From a bacterium (GTDB lineage Bacteria; Patescibacteriota; Minisyncoccia; Phycocordibacterales; JAKAEA01), in contig JAKAEA010000001.1 in NCBI GenBank assembly GCA_021818465.1, positions 105,972 through 169,971 on the forward strand: a stretch of DNA of 64,000 nt, given 5' to 3'. Under the pieces are notes generated by a model. The model saw only the letters and a list, made by a program, of their open reading frames with translations. It did no database searches and was not told the origin of the DNA. Both the position numbers and the translations under genes were made by a program. The number at the start of each line of letters is the position of its first letter. Position 1 is the stretch's first letter. Positions 1 to 8,627 of the stretch are shown in pieces.

Positions 1-1018
1 TGATGCTGTTGAGTGTAGCGTTAGCGCCGGTAAGTTGGGGCGATAGTTGTCCTGTAAAAGCACTTGCGAGATTGGAGGCTGTGATGTGGCCGCTATAAAG
101 TAACATTGCAACCACAAAAACGAGGATTACGTATAGCGGAGCAAATAATAGTTGACCAGATAATGTTTCCCACCATTGTTTTGAGATTTCTTGAAGGCGA
201 CCAGGTACAACAGAAAAAAGAAAAGCAACAGGTGAAAGAATCATAAGAAAAATAAAAAGAACAAAACGAATTACAAAGAGCAAAGCAGCTGTAAACAGAG
301 TAATTGCAACTATGATAAAAAACACAGAGCCACCAATACCAACGATAAGAATTTGAAAAAGTCCCAAATGAGCAAGAGAACTTATCGAAGAAGTTGATAA
401 CATCGGAACTCCATATATACTCGTAAGTCCCAATGCTCTAACAAAAACTGTAGAAAATGAGGTATTCGTCGGTCCTATAATATGCAATATCATGTTATAA
501 AAAGAGATAGTCAGGATATTTGATGCGTCAATAAGAAGTTGGGTAAAAAATAAACTAAAGTTAACAAGCAGACCAACAATAATCAGATTTCTCATCAAGC
601 GTTTTACTTTGCCGCCATTAAAGCCGATGATTTCTTGAATACCAAGATATATAGCTATAAAAATAAAAATAAGATTACCGAGATCGCGAATATCTGCCCA
701 GCCTTCATTTATAAACGAAAGAGCCAGATTTGCTTTCATTTGAACAACCGTGTAATTCATGATTGTGTCAAAGAGAAGACCTGCTAAAGCAACTGCCCAT
801 GCAGCTATGGTCAAAGCTGCATAAGATATTGAGGCGGCTATTTCATAAAAAGTACACAGTAAATCATTACCCACATGTGTTAATCCCGTATTTCCGCATG
901 CGCTACCGGCACTAATACTTCCCGCACTTGCTGCTTGTGCCACAAGTGGTGAAAATATACTAACAACAATAAGTATCAGTATGATAAGGGGAATTATTTT
1001 TTTAAAAGTTTGATACAT
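1..1018 (-). CDS. Polytopic membrane protein with N-terminal signal peptide, truncated at the window edge; topology resembles VirB6/TrbL
   Basis: Minus-strand ATG at 1018..1016 opens a frame that runs past position 1. It is not in the ORF track because it is truncated. Translation MYQTFKKIIPLIILILIVVSIFSPLVAQA... gives a signal peptide, a Cys-containing periplasmic segment and then at least six hydrophobic helices. It is the last gene of a minus-strand operon with the two upstream secreted or anchored proteins. Confidence 0.5.
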   Translation of the reverse strand, partial: MYQTFKKIIPLIILILIVVSIFSPLVAQAASAGSISAGSACGNTGLTHVGNDLLCTFYEIAASISYAALTIAAWAVALAGLLFDTIMNYTVVQMKANLALSFINEGWADIRDLGNLIFIFIAIYLGIQEIIGFNGGKVKRLMRNLIIVGLLVNFSLFFTQLLIDASNILTISFYNMILHIIGPTNTSFSTVFVRALGLTSIYGVPMLSTSSISSLAHLGLFQILIVGIGGSVFFIIVAITLFTAALLFVIRFVLFIFLMILSPVAFLFSVVPGRLQEISKQWWETLSGQLLFAPLYVILVFVVAMLLYSGHITASNLASAFTGQLSPQLTGANATLNSI

Positions 1019-1064
1019 ACATTAACTATTGCAACAATCTACGCCCACAACCCATTTCAATTAA

Positions 1065-3173
1065 TTATAGTGAAACAGATGGGGCACCAGCAACTTGCAC
1101 GAATCGCTGAACACTACTAGAAACGCCATACGAATCGGTCGCAGTATATGTAATGATATAGTTTTGACCGCTTTGAAGGAGTGTGGACGAATCGATTTGT
1201 GTGCCCGTTTGATCAGTATATGTGGGAGTAACAGAGACAGTATTACCATTAGCATCAGTGGCAGTAGCGCCAACGTCATAGGTGCCTATTGGTTGGCCGG
1301 AAGTACCTTGTACCGTTTGGCTACCGTTTAAGGTGATGGTGGGGCCGGGGTCTTGATACACTTCTACTTGGGCAAGTTGCAACGAGCCTATTTGTAGACC
1401 TTGAATAACTATATAACGACCACTTTCTGTTTGATTAAGTGTAAGTGTGTAGGGATTGCTGCCGAATGTTGACATAGGAGAATAATTAGCACTGCTATCC
1501 CAAACAGGGTTGTGATTCTGATCCTCAATAATTACCTTGAAGGTGGGAGGGATTCCAGTCGGGCTAACATTCCAGTTTTGTGTAGGATTGTGAGGATATA
1601 CTACAATTTTGAAAATATTATTTACTTGTTGACCGAGATCGATAGTGAAAGAACCTATTTGATTGTTGGGGATAGTTAGAGAACCACTAAAACTGCCTGT
1701 TCCGTTAATGTTTCCCATATTGGTGTTGCCATCGGTTAGATTTTCAGGACCATAACCAGCAGCGCTCCCCGGATATGCTGTTACTGTAGTATTGAGAGCG
1801 ATATTTTTAGGATTGTTACTATTTTGGTTATTTGATGATGTTGCATTGGATGTATTACCACCAGTATTAGAAATGCCATTGTTGTTTAGAGCGGCGTTAT
1901 TGAGTCCATTAGAAAGTTGTCCAAGATTACTCGAAGCATTATTTACAGCTGATTGTTCGCCAGTTTGTGAGTTGGCGTATATAGAAGACCACGAACCACT
2001 TTGAGAGCCAGCCGCCACAAGACCACCTTGGCCTAAACCAAGAGCCCCCAAACCAGTTGAAAGAAGTTGATTAAAAAGAGCGTTAAAAATTTGATCTAAA
2101 TCGCTAGCGACACCTAATTGGTTTGCTGGTATATCAAGTTGATTTTGTAAAACACCAGCTATTGTTGTGCCAGGAGTAGTGATAGTGCACGAATCTTTAG
2201 AAGGGTTGGAATATATTGGCTTTCCATTTGCATTCTTACCAATTTGAATTGCTCCCGTGGGGGTTGTGGTGGGTGCGGGTGTGGAACCATTAACAACTCC
2301 TGTTGCAGATACGAGTGGCCCATTACCTCCCGGTGCTACATAAGAATAGGAAGCAGTAACATTTCCCTTTGAGTCATATACGTTATGAGTACAATCCGTT
2401 TGAGATAAAAAGCCATTACCCCACCCAAGTTCGGAGGCGTTAACGTTTATTTGTTGAGTAGCTTGTGCCTGAATAGCGTTAGATGTATCTAAAAAAGCAC
2501 CATAAGGATTATATTGATCATTCATGCTTATGGCCAGAAAAGCATTCCAGTTTTGAAAACTTTGATAAGCATTATTTACATTCCCCACAATTTCAGCAAG
2601 AGAACAACCATTGTAGTAATTATTGTAGTTATTGATCGGCCCGACACCAAAATTCACTTCTAGACCGGCCAAAAGTTGTGCTCTAAAAGGGCTACATAAA
2701 TCAATGCCAAATGTTCCTTCACTAATACTATTTAGAGCGTTGGCAAGAACTTGGTCGCCAACATTTTGAAAAAATTCACTCGGGTTGCCCACAAAAGCTG
2801 GTGAGCCTTGAAAACCGCTGTCGATGTAGGTGACTATCTGCTGTGTCATTTCAGCGAGAAGCATTCGGCCGATGGAAAGAGCTAGGCCCTCCTCGATACA
2901 ATTTTTGACGAGACTAGCAAGACTATTACCAGCCGTTTCTGCTTGGGCAAAAGTTTGTCCGTTTGCGGCCACAGGAACCGATGTAACAGCAGCAGCAGTA
3001 CCCGAACCCAATGATGTGTTTACGGCTGAAATAAAAGCGGACGCGCAACTGGAAAAATCTGCATGCGCTGGTTGAGGAGGCGTGAGTGCGAAAACGGTAG
3101 GTATCGTCAGACTTACAGCTAAAATAACCACCAGTGTTTTTTTCCAGAAAGTTATTTTAGTGAATCGATTCAT
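1065..3173 (-). CDS. Large secreted low-complexity (Asn/Gly/Ser/Thr-rich) surface protein; C-terminal discoidin(F5/8 type C)-like and Ig-like domains
   Basis: 702-aa ORF. Signal peptide MNRFTKITFWKKTLVVILAVSLTIPTVFALTPPQPAHA. Long N/G/S/T-rich central region. C-terminal ...YIVIQGLQIGSLQLAQVEVYQ... looks discoidin-like, followed by ...TYDVGATATDANGNTVSV..., an Ig/HYR-like repeat. Confidence 0.6.
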   Translation of the reverse strand: MNRFTKITFWKKTLVVILAVSLTIPTVFALTPPQPAHADFSSCASAFISAVNTSLGSGTAAAVTSVPVAANGQTFAQAETAGNSLASLVKNCIEEGLALSIGRMLLAEMTQQIVTYIDSGFQGSPAFVGNPSEFFQNVGDQVLANALNSISEGTFGIDLCSPFRAQLLAGLEVNFGVGPINNYNNYYNGCSLAEIVGNVNNAYQSFQNWNAFLAISMNDQYNPYGAFLDTSNAIQAQATQQINVNASELGWGNGFLSQTDCTHNVYDSKGNVTASYSYVAPGGNGPLVSATGVVNGSTPAPTTTPTGAIQIGKNANGKPIYSNPSKDSCTITTPGTTIAGVLQNQLDIPANQLGVASDLDQIFNALFNQLLSTGLGALGLGQGGLVAAGSQSGSWSSIYANSQTGEQSAVNNASSNLGQLSNGLNNAALNNNGISNTGGNTSNATSSNNQNSNNPKNIALNTTVTAYPGSAAGYGPENLTDGNTNMGNINGTGSFSGSLTIPNNQIGSFTIDLGQQVNNIFKIVVYPHNPTQNWNVSPTGIPPTFKVIIEDQNHNPVWDSSANYSPMSTFGSNPYTLTLNQTESGRYIVIQGLQIGSLQLAQVEVYQDPGPTITLNGSQTVQGTSGQPIGTYDVGATATDANGNTVSVTPTYTDQTGTQIDSSTLLQSGQNYIITYTATDSYGVSSSVQRFVQVAGAPSVSL

Positions 3174-4132
3174 TGGGATTGGGTTGTGGTTGTAAACATG
3201 GCGCCTGCTTCAGTGGAAGTGAACGTTACGTTGCGTTTGATAAATAATGGATTGAAAGCCGACAAGTCATTGTAAACTGAGCTGGCAATAGAAGCATAAT
3301 TTTGAATGGCGGCTATTGCTGTAACAGGGTCGGTAAAAAGTTTTTGCATCCCCTCTATACTATTTAACGCTCTACTAAAATCATTAATGAGAGCGAGATG
3401 CAAACTTGCGGCTTGTGAAGGAACAGAAATTGCCAGTAAACCAGTAACAATACCACTGTAGGAAGCTTTTATTATAGCAAGATTAGCTAAATCTTTTGGG
3501 TTGTTGCTGTTGACAGCGGTTTGGACGATATCTAATTCATTAAGACCCGAAGGAACACTATTTTTTTTAAACACTATACCGAGTGCATTACCGTATGTAT
3601 GAAAAGCGGCCGAAGAATTGTCTTGACTTACGATGATATCCTGTGTGGTAAAAATTTTTGCTTGCGGGATGTAGCTAGTGACGTTACTGTTGGCAATCAA
3701 GCTGGGAATCAATGATTGTGCATCACTTGCAGTTAATTGTTGACCCGATTGTTTCATGGCGAGGTATTCCCGAATAAAATTTTGTGAAAGCACTTCGGTG
3801 GCGGTTAGTGGCGGTGTTTGGACGGCATCATTAATTGTATTCGTGCTACTGGAAGTATTGCTTCCTGTGGTGCTTTGTGATGAGGTGGCTAGTTGAGTCA
3901 ATTCAGCCTCTATTTTTTGGTATACCTGATCAGTAAGACCAGTGGCGTTGGCTTGATTAACAATGGCCAATGAGGATTTTGTTGCGGATGCTGTATCAGT
4001 TGAGGGATTATAAAAAATACTAAGCGCAACTAACCCCACAACAACAATACATATAGCCACAATGGGCACTACCTTTTTTGACGGCATTAAGGTAAGAAAT
4101 TTCGGGCCATTAGTTGGCGTCGAGTCTTTCAT
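3170..4132 (-). CDS. Membrane-anchored hypothetical protein (single N-terminal TM, Ser/Thr-rich extracellular part)
   Basis: 320-aa ORF. TM helix VVPIVAICIVVVGLVALSIF. No recognisable catalytic motif. A 4-nt overlap with the downstream 702-aa gene indicates an operon. The true start may be the internal Met at about 4087. Confidence 0.5.
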   Translation of the reverse strand: MKDSTPTNGPKFLTLMPSKKVVPIVAICIVVVGLVALSIFYNPSTDTASATKSSLAIVNQANATGLTDQVYQKIEAELTQLATSSQSTTGSNTSSSTNTINDAVQTPPLTATEVLSQNFIREYLAMKQSGQQLTASDAQSLIPSLIANSNVTSYIPQAKIFTTQDIIVSQDNSSAAFHTYGNALGIVFKKNSVPSGLNELDIVQTAVNSNNPKDLANLAIIKASYSGIVTGLLAISVPSQAASLHLALINDFSRALNSIEGMQKLFTDPVTAIAAIQNYASIASSVYNDLSAFNPLFIKRNVTFTSTEAGAMFTTTTQSQ

Positions 4133-4152
4133 ATATTATTATTATAGCGCAT

Positions 4153-5268
4153 ATGAAAAAAAATTTTTTCCTCAGTGTGGCACTTTTAGCGACTTCGTCT
4201 ATAGGGCAGCTTGTTCCTGGTGTGTATAATCCACAAGTCTCTGTGCTTCAAGCACTCTTAAACAAGAATCCAGCAACTGCCGTTGCGGTGCGCGGCCCAG
4301 GTTCGGCGGGACAAGAAACTGATTTTTTTGGACCAGAAACTTTTGCTGCTCTGAAGCGATTTCAAGCCTTGTACGCAAACGATATACTGGCACCGTGGGG
4401 ACTTACGGCGCCAACAGGATTTCTCGGTCCACTCACATTGGAAAAACTTAATGCAATTGCGTATCAAACAATATCGCCAATTACAATTACAAACGTGTCA
4501 AGCGACCCATTGGCACCATATCGTGTAGCAACAGGTACGGTTGATATATACAGTACTGATAGAAAAATTATTCAGATACAAAATACTATTTATACAGCGG
4601 TGAATACTGCACTAACCGCTCACCAGGCGCCCCAAATAGACACCCTAAGCTTACCGGGGCTTACCGGGTCAGTATTATTAACAAAGGTGAATAACCAAGC
4701 AGCGTCTGCTGGTGCCACAATAATTGTTGCAGCGCAAAATCTTGATCTTGGTCCAAACAATAACGTGTATTTTACTGCTGACCCTGGGGGTGTTGCTGAG
4801 ACGACGGGTGTTGTCAATAAAGCTATGCCAACATTCGTCATTAAAAATCTAAATTCTTTTTCAGACACTCTCTCTTTTACTTTGCCCAATTTCCCTGCCG
4901 GCCGATACGATATTGCCGTTGGCAATAGTCACGGTATAAGCAACACCACTTTTTTTGTAGTGACTACATCTATATCGCCAACTGTTTCTATGACTTCCCT
5001 TTCTTCATCGTCAGTTCGTTGGGGCGGTATGATAACTATATACGGTAGTGGTTTTACTAAAACAGGCAATGAAGTTTTTACCACGTTTGATACAATTCCA
5101 GAAGTAGCCTCGCCTGACGGCCATTCATTAACAGTACAAATCGCGCCAGAACAAATGAAGGGGGAAGCGGCGTTGGGTAGCGGTGCAATTTCAGTACCTG
5201 ACACTATCACCGTGGTAAATGATAATGGCTATACAATCACCCCCGAGAGTTTTTCAGTTAAAATCTAA
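4153..5268 (+). CDS. Secreted protein with a putative peptidoglycan-binding (PG_binding_1-like) domain and a C-terminal Ig/IPT-like domain
   Basis: Start taken at ATG 4153 (MKKNFFLSVALLATSSIG, a signal peptide). The track ORF begins at 4114 and overlaps the divergent gene. Motif LQALLNK..AVAVRGPGSAGQETDFFGPETFAALKRFQALYANDI...GFLGPLTLEKLNAI resembles a PG-binding repeat. C-terminal ...GRYDIAVGNSHGISNTTFFVV is IPT/TIG-like. Confidence 0.55.
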   Translation: MKKNFFLSVALLATSSIGQLVPGVYNPQVSVLQALLNKNPATAVAVRGPGSAGQETDFFGPETFAALKRFQALYANDILAPWGLTAPTGFLGPLTLEKLNAIAYQTISPITITNVSSDPLAPYRVATGTVDIYSTDRKIIQIQNTIYTAVNTALTAHQAPQIDTLSLPGLTGSVLLTKVNNQAASAGATIIVAAQNLDLGPNNNVYFTADPGGVAETTGVVNKAMPTFVIKNLNSFSDTLSFTLPNFPAGRYDIAVGNSHGISNTTFFVVTTSISPTVSMTSLSSSSVRWGGMITIYGSGFTKTGNEVFTTFDTIPEVASPDGHSLTVQIAPEQMKGEAALGSGAISVPDTITVVNDNGYTITPESFSVKI

Positions 5269-5657
5269 TGAAAATAGTATCAATTATTTTGGGAGGAGTG
5301 CTGATGAGTGTAATCGGATTATTACTACCGTTGCGTTCGTTTGCGGCCACCTCAGTTTCTTTTGGGGGATTTGATACGGCTATGTTGCCATGTACATGTG
5401 AAGCCGGATCATTCTCGTGGCAATTTTTTATGCCACTTTATTTGAATAACCCCACGCCTACATTCGGGGCCATGGTAGCTCCTCCAATCGTTGGTTTTTC
5501 AACATATTATGTTAGGCCTAGTACATGGGCTTTGGGTACGTATATACCTGCCGCTGGAGTTTGTATGATTGGTGTTGAACCGTACTGTTTCTCTATGCCT
5601 AATTTAGGCCTTATTTCTCCGGAAACAGGCGTGTCGCCCGTTGCCGCCTTTCCCTAA
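5268..5657 (+). CDS. Small secreted Cys-containing hypothetical protein
   Basis: 129-aa ORF whose start overlaps the upstream stop (TAATG). Signal peptide MKIVSIILGGVLMSVIGLLLPLRSFAA. The mature part has 5 Cys. Confidence 0.4.
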   Translation: MKIVSIILGGVLMSVIGLLLPLRSFAATSVSFGGFDTAMLPCTCEAGSFSWQFFMPLYLNNPTPTFGAMVAPPIVGFSTYYVRPSTWALGTYIPAAGVCMIGVEPYCFSMPNLGLISPETGVSPVAAFP

Positions 5658-6451
5658 TTAAATTTTTTTTCTGCCAAAATAATCCATTGGGAGAGTGGTA
5701 CATCTTCTGCTCGAGAAGAGATGTTGATGTTTGTGTCTGTAAAAAATTCTTCCGATGTCAAACCGTATTCTTGAATCAGAGTCGCTATGTTGTTTTTGAG
5801 CATTTTACGTTTGTGACCGAAACCAGCTTTTACTAGTTGAAAAAATTTTTTTTCTTTAGTTTCGTCGCTAAAATTTTTTTTGGAAATATTTTTTATATGT
5901 AAAATAGCCGAATCAACTTTTGGCGGTGGTGAAAAAAGATTACGAGAAACCGTTTTGATGTACTGCGGCTCACCGTAGGCTTTGACACTTATGGAAAGTA
6001 AGCTCTCCTTGCCGTCGCGGGCGACGATACGTCGAGCGACTTCTTTTTGTACGAGTAATGTCATAGTAACCGGTTGTTTTTTTGCACTCAAGAATTTTTC
6101 TAAAATTGCACCGGTAATATAATACGGAATATTAGCAACAATTTTATAAGACGTTGTTGAAATATCTAGTGGATTAAACTCAAGCACATCCTTTTCTTTC
6201 AAAATAAGTTTTTTTTCAGCTAATGCTATTGCAAAATGTTGTGTTAAGACAGGAATCAGGCGATGATCTTTTTCTAAAGCGATGACCGTTGCTCCTGTAT
6301 TAAGCAGTGTTGTGGTGAGGGTTCCTGTGCCGGGGCCGATCTCTACCACCGTGTCACCAGGTTTGATTTCTGCGGTGGTGCACATTGTATTCAATACTGA
6401 TTGGGCTCTAAGAAAATGTTGGCCGAGTGATTTTTTTTGCGCTATAGACAT
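5654..6451 (-). CDS. rsmA: 16S rRNA (adenine1518/1519-N6)-dimethyltransferase RsmA/KsgA
   Basis: 265 aa. KSLGQHFL... and VVEIGPGTGTLT (SAM-binding motif I) are typical KsgA. Confidence 0.9.
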   Translation of the reverse strand: MSIAQKKSLGQHFLRAQSVLNTMCTTAEIKPGDTVVEIGPGTGTLTTTLLNTGATVIALEKDHRLIPVLTQHFAIALAEKKLILKEKDVLEFNPLDISTTSYKIVANIPYYITGAILEKFLSAKKQPVTMTLLVQKEVARRIVARDGKESLLSISVKAYGEPQYIKTVSRNLFSPPPKVDSAILHIKNISKKNFSDETKEKKFFQLVKAGFGHKRKMLKNNIATLIQEYGLTSEEFFTDTNINISSRAEDVPLSQWIILAEKKFN

Positions 6452-6453
6452 TT

Positions 6454-8415
6454 TTAATCAAAATAAATAGTTTTAATACCCGTTTTCTTTTTACCCTGAT
6501 GTTCTTCTAGTATAGTTAAATCATCGTCCATATCCATAATAAATTCTGATGGCACATTGACTTGTTTTGATCCAAAAACGGTGCGAATACCAGCATAAGA
6601 CATATACACTTTTTTGCGAGCGCGAGTAAGTGCAACATAAAAAAGTCGACGTTCCTCTTCATCATCATGTCCGTCGGATTTTCCGGCACTCTCGCCGCCA
6701 AGACGTTCGTGCGGAAAAAGTCCTTCTTCAAGTCCGCTTATAAAAACATAATCAAATTCCAAACCTTTAGAGGCGTGTACGGTCATAAGTTTTACAGCAT
6801 CTTCATTTTTTACGAGTGTATCTTGGTCTGAAGCAAGCGCGGCGTCAGTGAGCAGTTGTTCTATTCCCTCTTCTGGAGTAAAACTGTCATAACGAACAGC
6901 CAAACTCGCCAGTTCCTTAATATTTTCTAGGCGCTCAATATCTTCTTCAGATGATGCTTTTTTTAAAGCTTCTTCTATGCCTGAACGCTGTACGACAAAT
7001 TTAATAGTTTCGCTTGGTAGTTTAGAAAGAGCGTGCTGACGAATATCATCAAGGATTCGGTAAAACTCATCAATTTTTTGACGTGAAGCGTGTGGTAAGC
7101 TATCGCGCTGCCCAGAAAGAATTTTTGCTAAAGTCACTTTTCCAATGCCGCGGGGCGGCACATTAATAATGCGACGTATATCAGATAGACTATCTGCATC
7201 AAGAGCTGCGCGTATGTATGACAAAACATCTTTAACCTCCTTCCGTTCAAAAAAGCGCGTGCCGAGAACCTGGTAGTTAATTTTATGATGTAAAAAAGCT
7301 TCTTCAAGAACGCGTGATTGAAAGTTGGCGCGATAGAGTATGGCGATTTCGCGCGGGGACACGCCGCTCGCTATATGATCAGCCGCTTTTTGAGCTATAA
7401 AATCAGCCTCATCGGCTTCATCGTAGGCGCCATAGATTCCAATGGGATCACCATCAGCATTTTGAGTGAATAGTTTTTTTTCACGTCGTCGAACATTTTT
7501 TTCTATAATTCTGTTGGCTGCTTCTAAAATTGTTTTAGTCGATCGGTAGTTTTGTTCAAGTAAAATTACAATTGCATCGGGATAATCTTTTTCAAAATTA
7601 AGAATATTATCTAATGTCGCTCCTCGCCAAGAATAAATCATTTGATCTATATCGCCCACCACACAAATATTTTTATATTTAGCGGCAATAAGGCGAGTAA
7701 TTTGGTATTGCACTTGATTGGTGTCCTGATATTCATCAATATGAATATAGCGCCAGAGATTTTGATATCGTTCAAGAATATCGGGGTGTTTTTTAAAAAT
7801 CCAAACAGTTTTAAGGAGTAGATCGTCAAAATCCAAAGCTTTTTCTTTAGTAAGAATTGCTTCATAATTCTCCCAAATTCTACTGACGATAGTTGGATAA
7901 AAATCGCGGCCAGTTTCTTCTTTGTATAGTGCTAAGGTTTGAGAATTTCCTTTTGCACGAGAAATGGTCCCGAGAATTTTGTTGGGGTCGAATTGTTTAG
8001 GGTCAATGCCCGTTTCCTCCATGGCTTGTTTAATCGCACGCTTAGAATCGTTTCGGTCAAAAATAGCAAAACGCTTATTAAGACCAAGTATGTGGGCATT
8101 TTCTTTTATAATATGTACACCAAGAGCGTGAAAGGTACTGACAAATGGTCGTTCAGTAAAAGAAGAAGGACGATTAAGTTCAGTATCACTTTCTAAACGG
8201 TGATTGACGCGCTCGACCATTTCTTTAGCTGCTTTGTTAGTAAAGGTTACCGCCAAAATCTCAGATGGAGCAATACCTGTCTTGATAAGTCGTATAATTC
8301 GTTCTGTAATGGTTTTTGTTTTTCCCGCGCCTGCACCTGCAATAATTAACAAAGGGCCGTCTTTATGGAAAACAGCTCTTTGTTGGGCCGTATTTAATGA
8401 ATTTTCTTGACTCAT
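6454..8415 (-). CDS. uvrD: ATP-dependent DNA helicase UvrD/PcrA family
   Basis: Walker A AGAGAGKT, VTFTNKAA, DEYQDTN and the UvrD C-terminal region. Start taken at the internal ATG 8415 (MSQENSLNTAQQRAV...), the usual UvrD N-terminus. The track ORF extends to 8493. Confidence 0.88.
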   Translation of the reverse strand: MSQENSLNTAQQRAVFHKDGPLLIIAGAGAGKTKTITERIIRLIKTGIAPSEILAVTFTNKAAKEMVERVNHRLESDTELNRPSSFTERPFVSTFHALGVHIIKENAHILGLNKRFAIFDRNDSKRAIKQAMEETGIDPKQFDPNKILGTISRAKGNSQTLALYKEETGRDFYPTIVSRIWENYEAILTKEKALDFDDLLLKTVWIFKKHPDILERYQNLWRYIHIDEYQDTNQVQYQITRLIAAKYKNICVVGDIDQMIYSWRGATLDNILNFEKDYPDAIVILLEQNYRSTKTILEAANRIIEKNVRRREKKLFTQNADGDPIGIYGAYDEADEADFIAQKAADHIASGVSPREIAILYRANFQSRVLEEAFLHHKINYQVLGTRFFERKEVKDVLSYIRAALDADSLSDIRRIINVPPRGIGKVTLAKILSGQRDSLPHASRQKIDEFYRILDDIRQHALSKLPSETIKFVVQRSGIEEALKKASSEEDIERLENIKELASLAVRYDSFTPEEGIEQLLTDAALASDQDTLVKNEDAVKLMTVHASKGLEFDYVFISGLEEGLFPHERLGGESAGKSDGHDDEEERRLFYVALTRARKKVYMSYAGIRTVFGSKQVNVPSEFIMDMDDDLTILEEHQGKKKTGIKTIYFD

Positions 8416-8447
8416 GTAATTTACTATTGGTGACTGGGGAAAAAGGT

Positions 8448-8477
8448 TTGACACTAGCTTTTTATTACCCCTATACT
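8448..8477 (+). promoter_or_regulatory. Sigma70-like promoter TTGACA-N18-TATACT directed at the LysM/M23 gene
   Basis: TTGACA at 8448-8453 and TATACT at 8472-8477, in the divergent uvrD/LysM intergenic region. This would leave a ~145-nt leader before the GTG start at 8628. Confidence 0.4.
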
Positions 8478-8627
8478 GGCTAGAGCGCTTCAATCATCCC
8501 AGGCGCTATTATTCTGAATTGGCTTAGTACTGCAACGAAAGATTCCCGACTATCTGCACTAAACACACGGCTTATTATATACTCTCCACAAGACCCTCGT
8601 CGATCTTACATAACGACCCTCGACCTG

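Noticed and set aside
1061-1279. 72-aa minus-strand ORF and 78-aa plus-strand ORF at 1061-1331
   Set aside because: They lie entirely inside, and antisense to or out of frame with, the 702-aa secreted-protein gene. They have no motifs and are treated as spurious.
8481-8627. Possible c-di-AMP (ydaO-type) riboswitch in the LysM/M23 leader
   Set aside because: The genomic context fits, but I cannot find the conserved ydaO sequence blocks by eye. It is kept only as a generic long-leader observation.
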